A stretch of DNA of 64,000 bases from Terriglobia bacterium (GCA_963695545.1 OY968796.1:1952001-2016000), one strand, 5' to 3'; numbered from the stretch's first letter, positions 11,318-21,636 are shown. Numbers and translations: made by a program. The notes: a model not told the origin generated them from the sequence alone.

Positions 11318-11623
11318 ATGGAATACCACGATAAGGTCCTGAAGTGCGGCGAGTGCGGAGCTGAGTTTGTTTTCACCGCCGGCGAACAGATGTTTTTCGC
11401 CGACAAGGGTTTCAAGAACGAGCCCAAGCGGTGCAAGAGCTGCAAAGCCAAGCGCGCTCAAGGCATGGGCCAGGCAAGTAGTCAGCAGAGATCGGAAACC
11501 AAGACGACCTGCTCGCAGTGCGGCAAGGAAACCACCGTTCCCTTCCGCCCCACGCAAGGGCGTCCGGTCTATTGCCGGGAATGTTTCCAGGCGCGGCGAT
11601 CTTTGGGCGGCGCGCCCGCCTAA
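11318..11623 (+). CDS. Zinc-ribbon / CxxC-x17-CxxC domain protein
   Basis: DKVLKCGECGAEFVFTAGEQ.FF..KGF.NEPKRC..C and CSQCG.ETTVPFRPTQGRPVYCRECF; ATG at 11318 after GGGAG. Confidence 0.9.
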   Translation: MEYHDKVLKCGECGAEFVFTAGEQMFFADKGFKNEPKRCKSCKAKRAQGMGQASSQQRSETKTTCSQCGKETTVPFRPTQGRPVYCRECFQARRSLGGAPA

Positions 11624-11868
11624 TCGTCTTCGCGGGCTCCGCTATCCCGGCGAACGCAGCGAACCGCGCGTCGCGGTTCGTGGCCAGGATGCGGGCTCTA
11701 CTTCAAGCTCGCCAGAACAGCGTGCACACAGCGTGTCCGCCGAGTTTTTCCGCTTTACCTCGCTTCGCACCGTGCGATCTGTAACGGCACCTGCTACGAT
11801 TATTTAGCTGAATTAATTGTCGCGCGGTTTTGTTGACTGATTGCCAGAGAAATGTCCGCGGAGAAAGA

Positions 11869-13311
11869 ATGAAGACGTCGCTTCCCCAATCCGCCGTGCA
11901 GCAGATCGAGTCGCGTCTCGAAGTAGCCAGCGCCTCGTTCGCGCGGCGCTATCCGGGCGAAAGCGGCCGGCGGCAACCCGTGCACGTGGTTTACGGCGGC
12001 GCGCATCTGTTCCGCGCCGATACGGCCGCAAAGTTGGGAGAAGTGGCGCGCCGCGCGCTTGAAGAATACGGCGGCGAACCCATCGCATTCGCGCGCGCCA
12101 TTGGGCTTGCGGGGGCCGATTCACTTCCGGCTTCCGCGGCGCAGGCCAAGAGTTTGGCGCGGCGCTTCGCCGCCGATCCCGAGCGGTTGCGCCGTGAGAA
12201 TGGCGCGGCCTGGCTGGCCCTGGCGGTGCACGGTCGCGTGCGCGAAAAGCTGGAGCGCGAGCCCGTCGAGGATTTCCGCATCGATTTCGAGGATGGCTAC
12301 GGCAATCGTCCCGACGAGGAAGAAGATCTGCACGCGCAAGGCGCGGCGGAGGAAGTGGCGCGGGGAATGGCGATGGGTTCGCTGCCGCCATTTATCGGCA
12401 TTCGCATCAAGCCGCTAACGCCGGAACTGCGGCAGCGCAGCATTCGTACGCTCGATATTTTTCTCACCAGTTTGCTCGAAGCCACGCGCGGGCGGTTGCC
12501 GCAGAATTTCGTCGTGACGCTGCCGAAAATTGTTGTGCCGGAGCAGGCTGCGGCGCTTGCGGCGCTTCTTGACGCGTTCGAGGACGCCGCGGGTCTTGCG
12601 CACGGCGCGCTGCGTTTCGAGTTGATGATCGAAACGCCGCAATCCATCATGAACGAGCGCGGCGAATCGAACTTGCCGCGATTTCTCGACGCTTCCGCCG
12701 GCCGCTGCGCCGCGGCGCACTTCGGCACCTACGATTACACCGCGAGTTGCAGCATCACCGCCGCCTACCAGACCATGACGAATCCCGTATGCGATTTCGC
12801 CAAGGAGATGATGCAGGTGGCTTTTGCCGGCACCGGCGTGTGGATTTCCGATGGCGCGACAAATATTTTGCCCGCGCCGCCGCATCGCGCGCAGGCCGGA
12901 AAGAAACTCACGCCGCGCCAGCGCCAGGAAAATCGCGCCGTGGTGCATCGTGCCTGGCATTTGCACGTCGCCCACATTCGCCACTCGCTCGAGGGCGGCT
13001 ACTATCAGGGATGGGATTTGCATCCGGCGCAATTGCCGACGCGCTTCGCCGCGGTGTACGCGTTTTTTCTTGCGGGACTTGACGCCGCGGCCGAGCGGTT
13101 GAAGCACTTCGTTGAGAAAGCCGCGAAGGCCACGCTGATCGGCGACGTCTTCGACGACGCGGCCACCGGGCAGGGACTTTTGAATTTCTTTCTGCGCGCC
13201 ATCAATTGCGGCGCCATCAGCGAAGCCGAAGCCGAACGCCGCACAGGCGTGACGGCGGAGGAATTGCGCGGCGCATCGTTCCTGAAAATTCTGAAGAACC
13301 GCGCGCGCTGA
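11869..13311 (+). CDS. CitE/HpcH aldolase-citrate lyase superfamily protein (DUF6986-like)
   Basis: RQPVHVVYGGA, EDFRIDFEDGYG, ELMIETP, HFGTYDY, YQGWDLHPAQL; convergent with the purine-catabolism operon. Confidence 0.75.
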   Translation: MKTSLPQSAVQQIESRLEVASASFARRYPGESGRRQPVHVVYGGAHLFRADTAAKLGEVARRALEEYGGEPIAFARAIGLAGADSLPASAAQAKSLARRFAADPERLRRENGAAWLALAVHGRVREKLEREPVEDFRIDFEDGYGNRPDEEEDLHAQGAAEEVARGMAMGSLPPFIGIRIKPLTPELRQRSIRTLDIFLTSLLEATRGRLPQNFVVTLPKIVVPEQAAALAALLDAFEDAAGLAHGALRFELMIETPQSIMNERGESNLPRFLDASAGRCAAAHFGTYDYTASCSITAAYQTMTNPVCDFAKEMMQVAFAGTGVWISDGATNILPAPPHRAQAGKKLTPRQRQENRAVVHRAWHLHVAHIRHSLEGGYYQGWDLHPAQLPTRFAAVYAFFLAGLDAAAERLKHFVEKAAKATLIGDVFDDAATGQGLLNFFLRAINCGAISEAEAERRTGVTAEELRGASFLKILKNRAR

Positions 13312-13351
13312 CGCGGCCCCCCCGAAGTTATCCTTATTTATTGGCGCGCGG

Positions 13352-14200
13352 CTATCGGCGAAATGTTGCTTCGATCAAGCCGTAAGGCTGAACGGTCGGC
13401 AGGAAAATCTCGTTGTTGTTGCGCAGGCCGAACGGTCCAAGGTCCATAGGGATGTGATGTTTGTTGGGCAGCGAGAAATGGATTTCCGAAACGTCGTCGA
13501 ACGAAGCAAGCACGGCTTCGCCCATCGCGTACATGGTGTGCTGCACCGAGCGGCTCTCGTGCTCGGCAAACGTTTCGAGGATCGTGCGCCGCACGCCTTC
13601 CCACATCGCGCCGTAGGCAAGACCGGCGCGCGCGTACAGCCAATTCGCCGCGATGGCCGTGGCGAAAATGCGATCGCTGGTTTCCTTGAGCGTGGTGAAA
13701 ATGTCGTTGCGAAAGCCCTCGAATCCGGAATGGCTGCTCTTCAGCACCACCAAGTCCTCAATCCCCGCGCGCACCGTGGTGGTTGCGTCGCGCAAGCCGC
13801 TGACCTCCGCGGTTCGCTTGTCGCTTGCGGCGCGCACAAACGCAGAGCCATGCGGCCGTCCGCCGACGGAGATCCGCGACCACGGGCTCTCCCACACATC
13901 TACAGTAGCCTTGGTGACCGCGGGGTTGATGCGCAGAAAATGAGAGACCAGGCGCGCGGCAAACTCTTCGATCTCGCCGGTGCCGGCCGCCGCGAGAGCG
14001 TACACGGTATTTTTCATGGTGTCGGTTGCGGTGATGTTGGAGTTGTCGCCCGCGGAGTGGGCAGCGGCGAAATCGCCTTCCACCTGAATACAAACCGAAA
14101 GGTCCGTGATCTCGTGCAATTCGCCGCGCCGCTCAAGACGCACCATTTTCACGAGCGATTTTCCGTAACCGTTCCAGACCATGTTCATCGAAGCGGTCAA
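13352..14200 (-). CDS. pucL: Factor-independent urate oxidase (uricase)
   Basis: YGKSLV, ATDTMKNTVY, VLKSSHSGF, SRSVQHTMY, LPNKH, PYGLIEA. Confidence 0.93.
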   Translation of the reverse strand: MTASMNMVWNGYGKSLVKMVRLERRGELHEITDLSVCIQVEGDFAAAHSAGDNSNITATDTMKNTVYALAAAGTGEIEEFAARLVSHFLRINPAVTKATVDVWESPWSRISVGGRPHGSAFVRAASDKRTAEVSGLRDATTTVRAGIEDLVVLKSSHSGFEGFRNDIFTTLKETSDRIFATAIAANWLYARAGLAYGAMWEGVRRTILETFAEHESRSVQHTMYAMGEAVLASFDDVSEIHFSLPNKHHIPMDLGPFGLRNNNEIFLPTVQPYGLIEATFRR

Positions 14201-14538
14201 CTCCCGCGATAGGTCGAATAGCCGTACGGACTCAAAAGCAGCGGCACGTGATGGTTCTCGGCCGGATCGCGCACTTCAAACACGATCACGACTTGGGGAT
14301 AAAATCCCGCGACGCCCAACGCTTGAAAGTATGCGCCGGTATCGAACACCAGGCGATAGGTTCCGGCGGCGAGCGATGCACCGGCCGGCGCAAAATTCAC
14401 GGCGCGACCGTCGGCTGAAGTTTTGGCGCTACCGACGCGCTGCCATTCTCCGGCGGATGAGTGTTCGAGCACGACGCCGAGGCCCGCCGCGGGGCGGCCG
14501 CGCGATGTGTCGAGCACGTGTGTCGAGATTCCGCTCAC
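14197..14538 (-). CDS. uraH: 5-hydroxyisourate hydrolase
   Basis: ISTHVLDT.RGRPA, HHVPLLLSPYGYSTYRGS. Confidence 0.97.
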   Translation of the reverse strand: MSGISTHVLDTSRGRPAAGLGVVLEHSSAGEWQRVGSAKTSADGRAVNFAPAGASLAAGTYRLVFDTGAYFQALGVAGFYPQVVIVFEVRDPAENHHVPLLLSPYGYSTYRGS

Positions 14539-15062
14539 TCAGATTCCGGCTCGGCGCCGCCCGAGAATAATTTCTCGAGGCGCCGGCGCGCGATCCGCCG
14601 CTGCTGCTCGGCGGCCTCGCGCAATTCCAACCGGGGATTATTCTGGATGCGCTGCTCAAGAAGCGCAAGTATCTCGGCGCGAGACTTCCCGGAGGCGTCC
14701 ACGATAAAGATAAAACCGAATCTCACCTGGTAGGCGCGATTGGCTTGAGCCAAGCGCGCGGCAACGTCTTCGCTCGCGGCGTTTGCCGCGGCTTGCTCCT
14801 GCGCGGCCCAGCGGCGCGCGGATTCCGAACCGGTTGCCGCGCGCTCGCCGATTTTGGGATGCGCGGCGAAGGCTTCGAGCCAATCCGCGCGGTCGAGCGA
14901 CCACCAGATTTCGTCCGCGGCTTCGCACAGCGCGGAGAAATCCGCGAATAGCCGACGCGCGGCGATCTCGCTGGCCCAGCGTTGCGAGCCGCAGCAGGCG
15001 ATCACTTCGGCTTCGGCGTCGCCGCGCGGCAGGGCGTTCCATTTTGCGAGGGCCGGAGTCAT
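14535..15062 (-). CDS. uraD: OHCU decarboxylase
   Basis: LEAFAAHPKIG, EQA, YQVRFGFIFI, EQQRRIARRRL; ATG at 15062 overlaps the alc stop. Confidence 0.92.
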   Translation of the reverse strand: MTPALAKWNALPRGDAEAEVIACCGSQRWASEIAARRLFADFSALCEAADEIWWSLDRADWLEAFAAHPKIGERAATGSESARRWAAQEQAAANAASEDVAARLAQANRAYQVRFGFIFIVDASGKSRAEILALLEQRIQNNPRLELREAAEQQRRIARRRLEKLFSGGAEPESE

Positions 15063-16057
15063 CGCGCGTGTTGTGTGCGCTGGCCGAAAACGCGCAGGCG
15101 CGCTACGCCGCCATCGGGATAAATATTCAGGCGAACGTGCGTGGCTTCGCCGGACGAGCGCAGCTCTTTCTCGAAAACACGGCGCGCGTCGGCTTCGAGA
15201 GGCGTGCGCGCCAGAACTTCGGTCCAATCGAGATTCGCGTGTGTCGCGTCACCGCTTGCAGCACGGCTGGCGTCGAGCGAGCAGCTTTCGGGGAAATTGC
15301 CTTTGAAGAATGAAGTTTCCACGACAACACGGTGAATCGTTCCCGATGCGCCCAAACGCACGACGGCCCAATCGTGGCCGGGTCCGCGGCGGCGGCGCGT
15401 TTCCCAGCCGTCGAACATTCCGAGCGCTGGGCCGGGCAGAATGAGATTCGCGGGGGAACCGAAAAACATATCGCTCGAAGCTACGATCACTCCGCCGTGT
15501 TCAACCGCGGCGAGATCCACTTCTTCCCCAGCGTGCTCAATTTTCTCCCAATCCGGCAGGACTTCGCCGTGAACGCGCAGGCGAGCTACGCCGCCGTCAG
15601 GGAAAATCTTGAGGCGAAGATGAGTGAAGCGTTGTGCGGATGTGATGTGGAACCGGTTTTGCGAATCCCCGATCAGTGTGGATTCGGAGAGAATTTCCGT
15701 CCACGGATGCGCGGCAGCGAGCAGCAATTCGAGAGAGGGCGTGCCGGTGGCGACGCAAGCTTCAAGCGAAGCGCGCGCGGGAAAGTTTCCCTTGAAGAAA
15801 CTTGTGTCCACCACGACGCCGCGGATTCGGCCGGGGAGGCCGAGCTTGACGACGCACCAATCGTAACCAGGGGTGCGGCGGCGGCGCGTCTCCCAGCCGT
15901 CCATCCATTTGCCGCGGTCGGTGTATTTTTCCGCGACGAAAATGGGCGCGGCGGGTTTTAGTAGATTTTCCTTGGGCGCGAAAAAATCGTCATTGGCGGC
16001 AAGAACCCGGCCGCCCAGCCGCTCCGATGCCAGATCGACGAGTTCGGTGAAATCCAT
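15059..16057 (-). CDS. alc: Allantoicase
   Basis: Two DGWETRRRR repeats, each followed by PDGGVARLRV. Confidence 0.96.
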   Translation of the reverse strand: MDFTELVDLASERLGGRVLAANDDFFAPKENLLKPAAPIFVAEKYTDRGKWMDGWETRRRRTPGYDWCVVKLGLPGRIRGVVVDTSFFKGNFPARASLEACVATGTPSLELLLAAAHPWTEILSESTLIGDSQNRFHITSAQRFTHLRLKIFPDGGVARLRVHGEVLPDWEKIEHAGEEVDLAAVEHGGVIVASSDMFFGSPANLILPGPALGMFDGWETRRRRGPGHDWAVVRLGASGTIHRVVVETSFFKGNFPESCSLDASRAASGDATHANLDWTEVLARTPLEADARRVFEKELRSSGEATHVRLNIYPDGGVARLRVFGQRTQHAR

Positions 16058-17418
16058 CAGCGCGCTTCCCGTTCGAGCAGCGAGCCCGCGGGCCGCCCGA
16101 AAAAGTTTCCGTCCTCGAAAATGCGGCGACCCTTTAAGAATGTCGCTTGTACCACGCCGGCCAATGCTTCGCCAGCGTACGGAGTTAACTTGTGGCGCTG
16201 ATGCATTTGGGCGCGTTTCACGTGGAACATTTCCTCGGGGTCCCAGATGGCGAGATCCGCGTCGGCGCCTTCGGCCAGAACTCCTTTTCGGTCATCAAGA
16301 CCGAGCAGACGCGCGGGGCCCTCGCAAAGCCACCGTGCGACTTGAGAGAGAGTGTGGCCGCGGCGGCGCGCTTCGGTCCACACGATGGGCAGGCGGAGTT
16401 CGAGCGAGGCGATGCCTCCCCAGGCTCGGAAAAAATTGCCGCGCGCGCCGGTTTTCATTTCGGGCGGACATGGAGAATGGTCGGAGACGATGAAATCGAT
16501 TTCGCCGCGCGCGAGCGCGCGCCAAAGACGATCGCGATTTGTGGCGTCGCGAATCGGCGGAGCGCACTTGAAGGCCACAGCGCCATCGCGGATCGCGGCA
16601 CTGGAAAAGAAAAGATAGTGCGGGCAGGTTTCGACGCTGATCGGAAAGTGCGCGCGGCGCGCGCGGCGCAGCGACGGAAGCGCCGCCGATGCGGAAAGAT
16701 GAACGATGTGAACGCGCGCGCGAAATTCGCGGGCGAGTCGAATCAACAGAGCGATGGCATCGCATTCGGCTTCGGGCGGGCGCGAGGCGAGCCACGTGGC
16801 GTAGCGTTTTGGATTTGCGCGCGCGAGTCGCGCGGTCGCGGCTTCGATTGGGCCGGGCAATTCCGCGTGCGCGAGTAGCGCGGCGCAGAGGCGCGCGAGC
16901 ACGGGCATGGCGGCGCGGAGATCGCGTTCCGTAACGTGCGCAAATTCCGGAACGCCTGACGGCACGAGGAAACACTTGAAGCCGAAAACTCCGGCTTCGT
17001 GCAGCGGACGAAGTGCGGCGGTGTTCCCCGGCACGACGCCGCCCCAGAAGCCGACGTCTACGTAGCAGCGACCGCGGGCCGCGCGGCGTTTCGCTTCGAG
17101 CGCGCGCAATGTGGTCGTCGCGGGAATGCTGTTGAGCGGCATATCGACGAGCGTGGTCACGCCGCCGGCAGCGGCGGCGCGCGTCGCGGTGGAGAAGCCT
17201 TCCCAGGAAGTGCGGCCCGGTTCGTTGATGTGCACATGCGAATCGACCAAGCCAGCCATTACGACCGAGCGGCCGACGTCGTAGAGCTTGCAGCCGGCGG
17301 GCGCGGATTCCCAATCGGCAACGGCGGTGATGCGGCCGCTCCTGATGTGCAGGGCGGCGCGGCGCACGCCTTGCGGCGTGATCACGCGCTCGCTGCGAAC
17401 CACTAAATCCAATTTCAT
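16057..17418 (-). CDS. allB: Allantoinase
   Basis: DSHVHINEPGRT.WEGF, DMPLNS, ETCPHY, KCAPPIR, SDHSPC, AWGGI. Confidence 0.95.
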   Translation of the reverse strand: MKLDLVVRSERVITPQGVRRAALHIRSGRITAVADWESAPAGCKLYDVGRSVVMAGLVDSHVHINEPGRTSWEGFSTATRAAAAGGVTTLVDMPLNSIPATTTLRALEAKRRAARGRCYVDVGFWGGVVPGNTAALRPLHEAGVFGFKCFLVPSGVPEFAHVTERDLRAAMPVLARLCAALLAHAELPGPIEAATARLARANPKRYATWLASRPPEAECDAIALLIRLAREFRARVHIVHLSASAALPSLRRARRAHFPISVETCPHYLFFSSAAIRDGAVAFKCAPPIRDATNRDRLWRALARGEIDFIVSDHSPCPPEMKTGARGNFFRAWGGIASLELRLPIVWTEARRRGHTLSQVARWLCEGPARLLGLDDRKGVLAEGADADLAIWDPEEMFHVKRAQMHQRHKLTPYAGEALAGVVQATFLKGRRIFEDGNFFGRPAGSLLEREAR

Positions 17419-18278
17419 GCGCGTAGAGTTTTCAAGAATTCTTCCAAGAGATTTTGCGCGACGCGCAGGCGATAACGCGCGGTCGAGCGAATGTCATCGA
17501 TGGGAGCGATGTCGCGTTCGAGCGCAGCGCGCGCCGCTGCAAATGCGCCGGGCACGAGAGGCTTGCCGTGAAGAGCAGCTTCGGCCGCTTTCGCGCGCAT
17601 CACGGTGGGAGCCACGCTGCCGAAAGCGATGCGAATATCGCGAATCGTTTTCGCGTCGATGAGCGCGGCTGCGGCGAGGCACACTTTCGAGATGGCTTGG
17701 GCTCTGCGCGTGCCGACCTTGGCGTACTGCTGAATCCAATCTTTCTTGTCGCGCGGCAGGCGAATGCGCGCGATCAATTCGTCGGGGCGCAGCAACATTT
17801 TTTTGTAGCCGATGTGGAAACCATCGTACGGAATCCAGCGCGAGCCGGCGGCGGAGACAAGCTCGAGCGATGCGTCGTAAACGACGAGCGCCGGCGGGGA
17901 ATCGGCAGCGGGCGAGGCGTTAGCGATGTTTCCGCCGAGCGTGCCACGATTTTGCGTGGCGACGCTGCCGGTTTCCGCCGCGGCGCGGCAGAGCAGCGGA
18001 AATTCGGCGGTAAGGATTGCGTGGTTTTGGATATCCGTGTAGGTGGCGAGCGCGCCGAGCGTGATGGAATCTTCCGCGAAAGTGATGCCGCGGAGTTCCG
18101 GCAGCTTCCAAATATTCAAATAGCGACGGTGGGAAAGTTTGCCGGCTTCGAGCAAAACCATCAGATCGGTGCCGCCGGCAAATGGCCGCCAGACGCCGGG
18201 CTCACGCGCGAGCGTGGACACGGTTTCGGCCAGCGTGGCCGGCGTGCGCATCTCGTAGGCGGGGACATAAGACCTCAC
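17415..18278 (-). CDS. Xanthine dehydrogenase family FAD-binding subunit
   Basis: AGGTDL, QNRGTLGGNIANASPAAD, PIDDIRST. Confidence 0.93.
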   Translation of the reverse strand: MRSYVPAYEMRTPATLAETVSTLAREPGVWRPFAGGTDLMVLLEAGKLSHRRYLNIWKLPELRGITFAEDSITLGALATYTDIQNHAILTAEFPLLCRAAAETGSVATQNRGTLGGNIANASPAADSPPALVVYDASLELVSAAGSRWIPYDGFHIGYKKMLLRPDELIARIRLPRDKKDWIQQYAKVGTRRAQAISKVCLAAAALIDAKTIRDIRIAFGSVAPTVMRAKAAEAALHGKPLVPGAFAAARAALERDIAPIDDIRSTARYRLRVAQNLLEEFLKTLRA

Positions 18279-18769
18279 GGCGTGACGCTCGTAGTTTGGC
18301 AGGCGCGCACGACGGCCTCGAAAATTCTGGTGTAGCCAGTGCAGCGGCAGAGATTGCCGGAAAGGCCGGCGCGAATTTCTGCGTCAGTGGGATGCGGATG
18401 CTTTTCGAGCAAGACGTGCGCGGCCAAAATCATGCCGGGCGTGCAGATGCCGCACTGCGCGCCGCCGCAGGAGAGGAACGCTTCCTGAACCGCGGCGAGT
18501 TGTTCGCCGGAGTGAGCCAGGCCTTCGATGGTACGGATATCGGAGCCGTCAGCTTGTGCGACGGGCACGAGACAGCTATTTACGAGCGCGCCGTCAAGGA
18601 GGACCGAGCAGGCGCCGCATTCGCCTTCGCCGCAACCTTCTTTCGTGCCGGTCAGCGCGAGTTCGCGGCGCAGCGCATCGAGCAAGCGTTCCATCGGCCA
18701 GGCGCGGAAGCGGCGCGGCGAGCCGTTCACCGTACATGCAATTTCGATTTTTGCGGAGGCGTCAGGCAC
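18275..18769 (-). CDS. Xanthine dehydrogenase family 2Fe-2S subunit
   Basis: GTKEGCGEGECGAC, QCGICTPG, GNLCRCTGY; probable GTG start at 18769. Confidence 0.93.
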   Translation of the reverse strand: MPDASAKIEIACTVNGSPRRFRAWPMERLLDALRRELALTGTKEGCGEGECGACSVLLDGALVNSCLVPVAQADGSDIRTIEGLAHSGEQLAAVQEAFLSCGGAQCGICTPGMILAAHVLLEKHPHPTDAEIRAGLSGNLCRCTGYTRIFEAVVRACQTTSVTP

Positions 18770-21035
18770 GCGGCCTCGCGTGCTCGGGTTCGTGCGCGGC
18801 GGCGGCTGAGTCGAACGCTTCCATGATGCGCTCGGGCGTCGCCGGAATTTCGCGGATCGAAAGGCCGGTGGCATTTTCGATGGCGTTCAAAATGGCGGGC
18901 GCGGGACCGTCGATCGGAAGTTCGCCGATGCCTTTGGCGCCGTCGGGGCCGAACGCGTAGGGATTTTCCTCGAAGAAGACGCGGATGCGCGGCAGGTCGG
19001 CCGAGGTGGGCATGATGTAGTTGGTCATTTGACCGTTGGCCATGCGGCCGTCGTGCCAAACAACATTTTCGGTGAGCGCGAAACCCACGCCTTGCGCGAT
19101 GCCGCCTTCGATTTGTCCTGCGGCGAGAACGGGGTGAATCACCTTGCCGACTTCCTGCACGGCGACGAAGTCATCGACGCGCGCTTCAAACGTCGCGGTG
19201 TCGACCGTGACCTCGGCGACGTAAACGGCCCACGCGTAGGTGCCGTAGGCGTCGCCGGAATATGTGGCGTCGTCCCAATGCAGGCCTGGCGGCGCGTGAT
19301 ATTGGCTGCGCGAGCGAAGCGGGCCGCGCGTTTCGATGTAGAGGCGGCACGCGCTCGAAAAATCCGCTGAGGAATATTCCGCCGCGAGCAAGCCGGAGGA
19401 TGCGAGTTCGTGCTTGAGGCCGAGCGCCGCGGCTTCGACGAGTTTGCCGACGACCATTGAGGTGCGCGAGGCGACGGTGGGGCCGCTATTGGGCACGGCG
19501 GCGGTATCGGGCTGCGCGATTTCGATTTGATCGTAATCGAGACCGAGAGCGTCGGCGGCGATCTGCGCGAAGACGGTGTTGGCACCCTGGCCCATCTCGG
19601 TGTTGGCGGTCATCACGCGCACGCGGCCTTCCGGCGTGGCCTCGGCTTCGACGACGGAAGCCAGATAGGTTTCGCCTGAGCCGGTGAATCCGGCGCCGTG
19701 GAAAAACGCGGCGAAGCCGATGCCTTTTTTCACGCGCGCGGCCGGATTTTCGCGCGCGAAACGCTCGCGCTTCGCGGCGTAATCACTTTCGCGCAGAGCG
19801 CGATCGAGCAGGCGGTTCATGTCCACGGCTTCGTGGATCACTTGGCCGGTGGCCGTGGTTTCGCCCGTGTGGATGAAATTGCGGCGGCGAAATTCTTCGG
19901 GCGAAAGGCCGATGGCTTGGGCGACGCGATCCATGTGACGCTCGAGCGCGAAAATACTTTGCGGCGCGCCGAATCCGCGAAACGCGCCGTGTGGCGGAGC
20001 ATTGGTGGCCACGACGCGCGAGCGGATGCGCACGTTGGGGCAAAAGTAAGGGCCAGCGGCGTGAATGGTGCCGCGCGAAAGGACGACGGACGAGAGCGTG
20101 GCGTAAGCGCCGCCGTCGAGCGCGAAGTCGATATCCATGGCGAGAAGTTTGCCGTCGCGCGTGACCGCGGTGCGATGGCGCGTGCGCGAAGGATGGCGCT
20201 TGGTGGTGGCGGCCATGTCTTCGGCGCGATCGTAGACGATTTTCACCGGGCGGCCCGATTTCCAGGCGAGCAGCGCGGCGTGTCCGGCGATCATCGAGGG
20301 ATATTCTTCCTTGCCGCCGAAGCCGCCTCCGGTTTCCGCTTGCACCACGCGAATTTTCTCCGCGGGCAAACCGAATATCGGAACGAGGGCTTTGTGGATG
20401 TAGTAGGGACACTGCATCGAGCCCCACACGGTGACGCCGTTGTGCGGATTCGCGATCGAGACCATGGCCTGCGGCTCGATGTAAAGCTGCTCTTGCGCGC
20501 CGGTGCGATACTCGCCTTCGACGACCACGCAATCGGCGCGCGCGAAGGCGGTTTCGACGTCGCCTTTATTCACCGCGTAGGATTTGAAAACGTTGTCCTT
20601 GCCCCAGATGATTTCCTTGCGCGCGAGTGAATCTTCGAGCGTGAAAATCGGAGGCAACGGTTCGATTTCGATGCGCACGTCACGGCGCGCTTCTTCGAGG
20701 AGATACGGATCGGCGTGGGCGAGGAGCACGATGGCTTCTTCGGGATGATTGACCGCGCCATCGGCGAGCAGCGGCTGATCATGTTCGATCAGCAGAACGC
20801 AATTTTCGCCGGGAATATCGCGCGCGGTGACGATGATGAATTCGTCCCACGGAATGCCCGGACCGAATTCGATTTTGCGGATGATGCCGCGCGGAACTTC
20901 GCTGCGCACGGTGACGCCGTAGAGAAGGCCGGGGAAGGTGAGATCGTCGGTGTAGCGCGCGCGTCCGGTGACTTTGTCGCGGCCCTCTTTCCGCGGCACG
21001 GAGCGTCCCACCAACTTTTCTCTCGGCGAGTGCAT
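18762..21035 (-). CDS. Xanthine dehydrogenase family molybdopterin-binding subunit
   Basis: GGGFGGKEE, GAFRGFGAPQ, EMGQG, GPTVASR, GQIEGG, AKGIGE. Confidence 0.95.
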   Translation of the reverse strand: MHSPREKLVGRSVPRKEGRDKVTGRARYTDDLTFPGLLYGVTVRSEVPRGIIRKIEFGPGIPWDEFIIVTARDIPGENCVLLIEHDQPLLADGAVNHPEEAIVLLAHADPYLLEEARRDVRIEIEPLPPIFTLEDSLARKEIIWGKDNVFKSYAVNKGDVETAFARADCVVVEGEYRTGAQEQLYIEPQAMVSIANPHNGVTVWGSMQCPYYIHKALVPIFGLPAEKIRVVQAETGGGFGGKEEYPSMIAGHAALLAWKSGRPVKIVYDRAEDMAATTKRHPSRTRHRTAVTRDGKLLAMDIDFALDGGAYATLSSVVLSRGTIHAAGPYFCPNVRIRSRVVATNAPPHGAFRGFGAPQSIFALERHMDRVAQAIGLSPEEFRRRNFIHTGETTATGQVIHEAVDMNRLLDRALRESDYAAKRERFARENPAARVKKGIGFAAFFHGAGFTGSGETYLASVVEAEATPEGRVRVMTANTEMGQGANTVFAQIAADALGLDYDQIEIAQPDTAAVPNSGPTVASRTSMVVGKLVEAAALGLKHELASSGLLAAEYSSADFSSACRLYIETRGPLRSRSQYHAPPGLHWDDATYSGDAYGTYAWAVYVAEVTVDTATFEARVDDFVAVQEVGKVIHPVLAAGQIEGGIAQGVGFALTENVVWHDGRMANGQMTNYIMPTSADLPRIRVFFEENPYAFGPDGAKGIGELPIDGPAPAILNAIENATGLSIREIPATPERIMEAFDSAAAAHEPEHARPRA

Positions 21036-21053
21036 AGGCCTCGACGCCGCCGC

Positions 21054-21530
21054 TCAATATTCGATGCGGCCGAGTTGGTCGCGCCAGGCGCGAAACGCCG
21101 CCAGCGCATCCTCCCTCATGATGGGCGTCATAGGGATTTTGCGATGGCTGGGCTCGCGGCGCAACTCCTCATAGATGAAGCTGTCGTCGAAGCCGGCCTC
21201 AGCGGCATCCTGGGCGGTGGCGCCGAAAAAAACGCGGTCAGGCCGCGCCCAGTAGATCGCGCCAAGGCACATCGGGCAGGGCTCGCAACTCGTGTAGAGT
21301 TCGCAGGCGGAAAGTTGAAAAGTGCCGAGCGCGCGGCAGGCTTCGCGAATGGCGAGGACTTCCGCGTGCGCCGAAGGATCGTTGGTCTGCGTGACGCGAT
21401 TGACGCCTTCGGCGATGATGCGGCCGTCCTTGACGACCACCGCGCCGAACGGGCCGCCCGCGCCAGATTTCACGTTCTCGATGGCCAAGGCGATGGCGCG
21501 TTGCATGAATGGGCTGGGCACGCTCGGCAT
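21054..21530 (-). CDS. guaD: Guanine deaminase (cytidine-deaminase superfamily, GuaD-like)
   Basis: GGPFGAVVV, AHAEV, SCEPCPMCLGAIYWA, GFDDSFIY; first gene of the purine operon. Confidence 0.85.
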   Translation of the reverse strand: MPSVPSPFMQRAIALAIENVKSGAGGPFGAVVVKDGRIIAEGVNRVTQTNDPSAHAEVLAIREACRALGTFQLSACELYTSCEPCPMCLGAIYWARPDRVFFGATAQDAAEAGFDDSFIYEELRREPSHRKIPMTPIMREDALAAFRAWRDQLGRIEY

Positions 21531-21636
21531 GAGTGATCCTTTTCGGAACGGTCTAAGCTCAGAATTGTAGCGAACCCTCGCGTGCGGCACGCCATTTTCT
21601 TGGCTAGCGACGCATAGTTGATACAATTGCCCTCCG

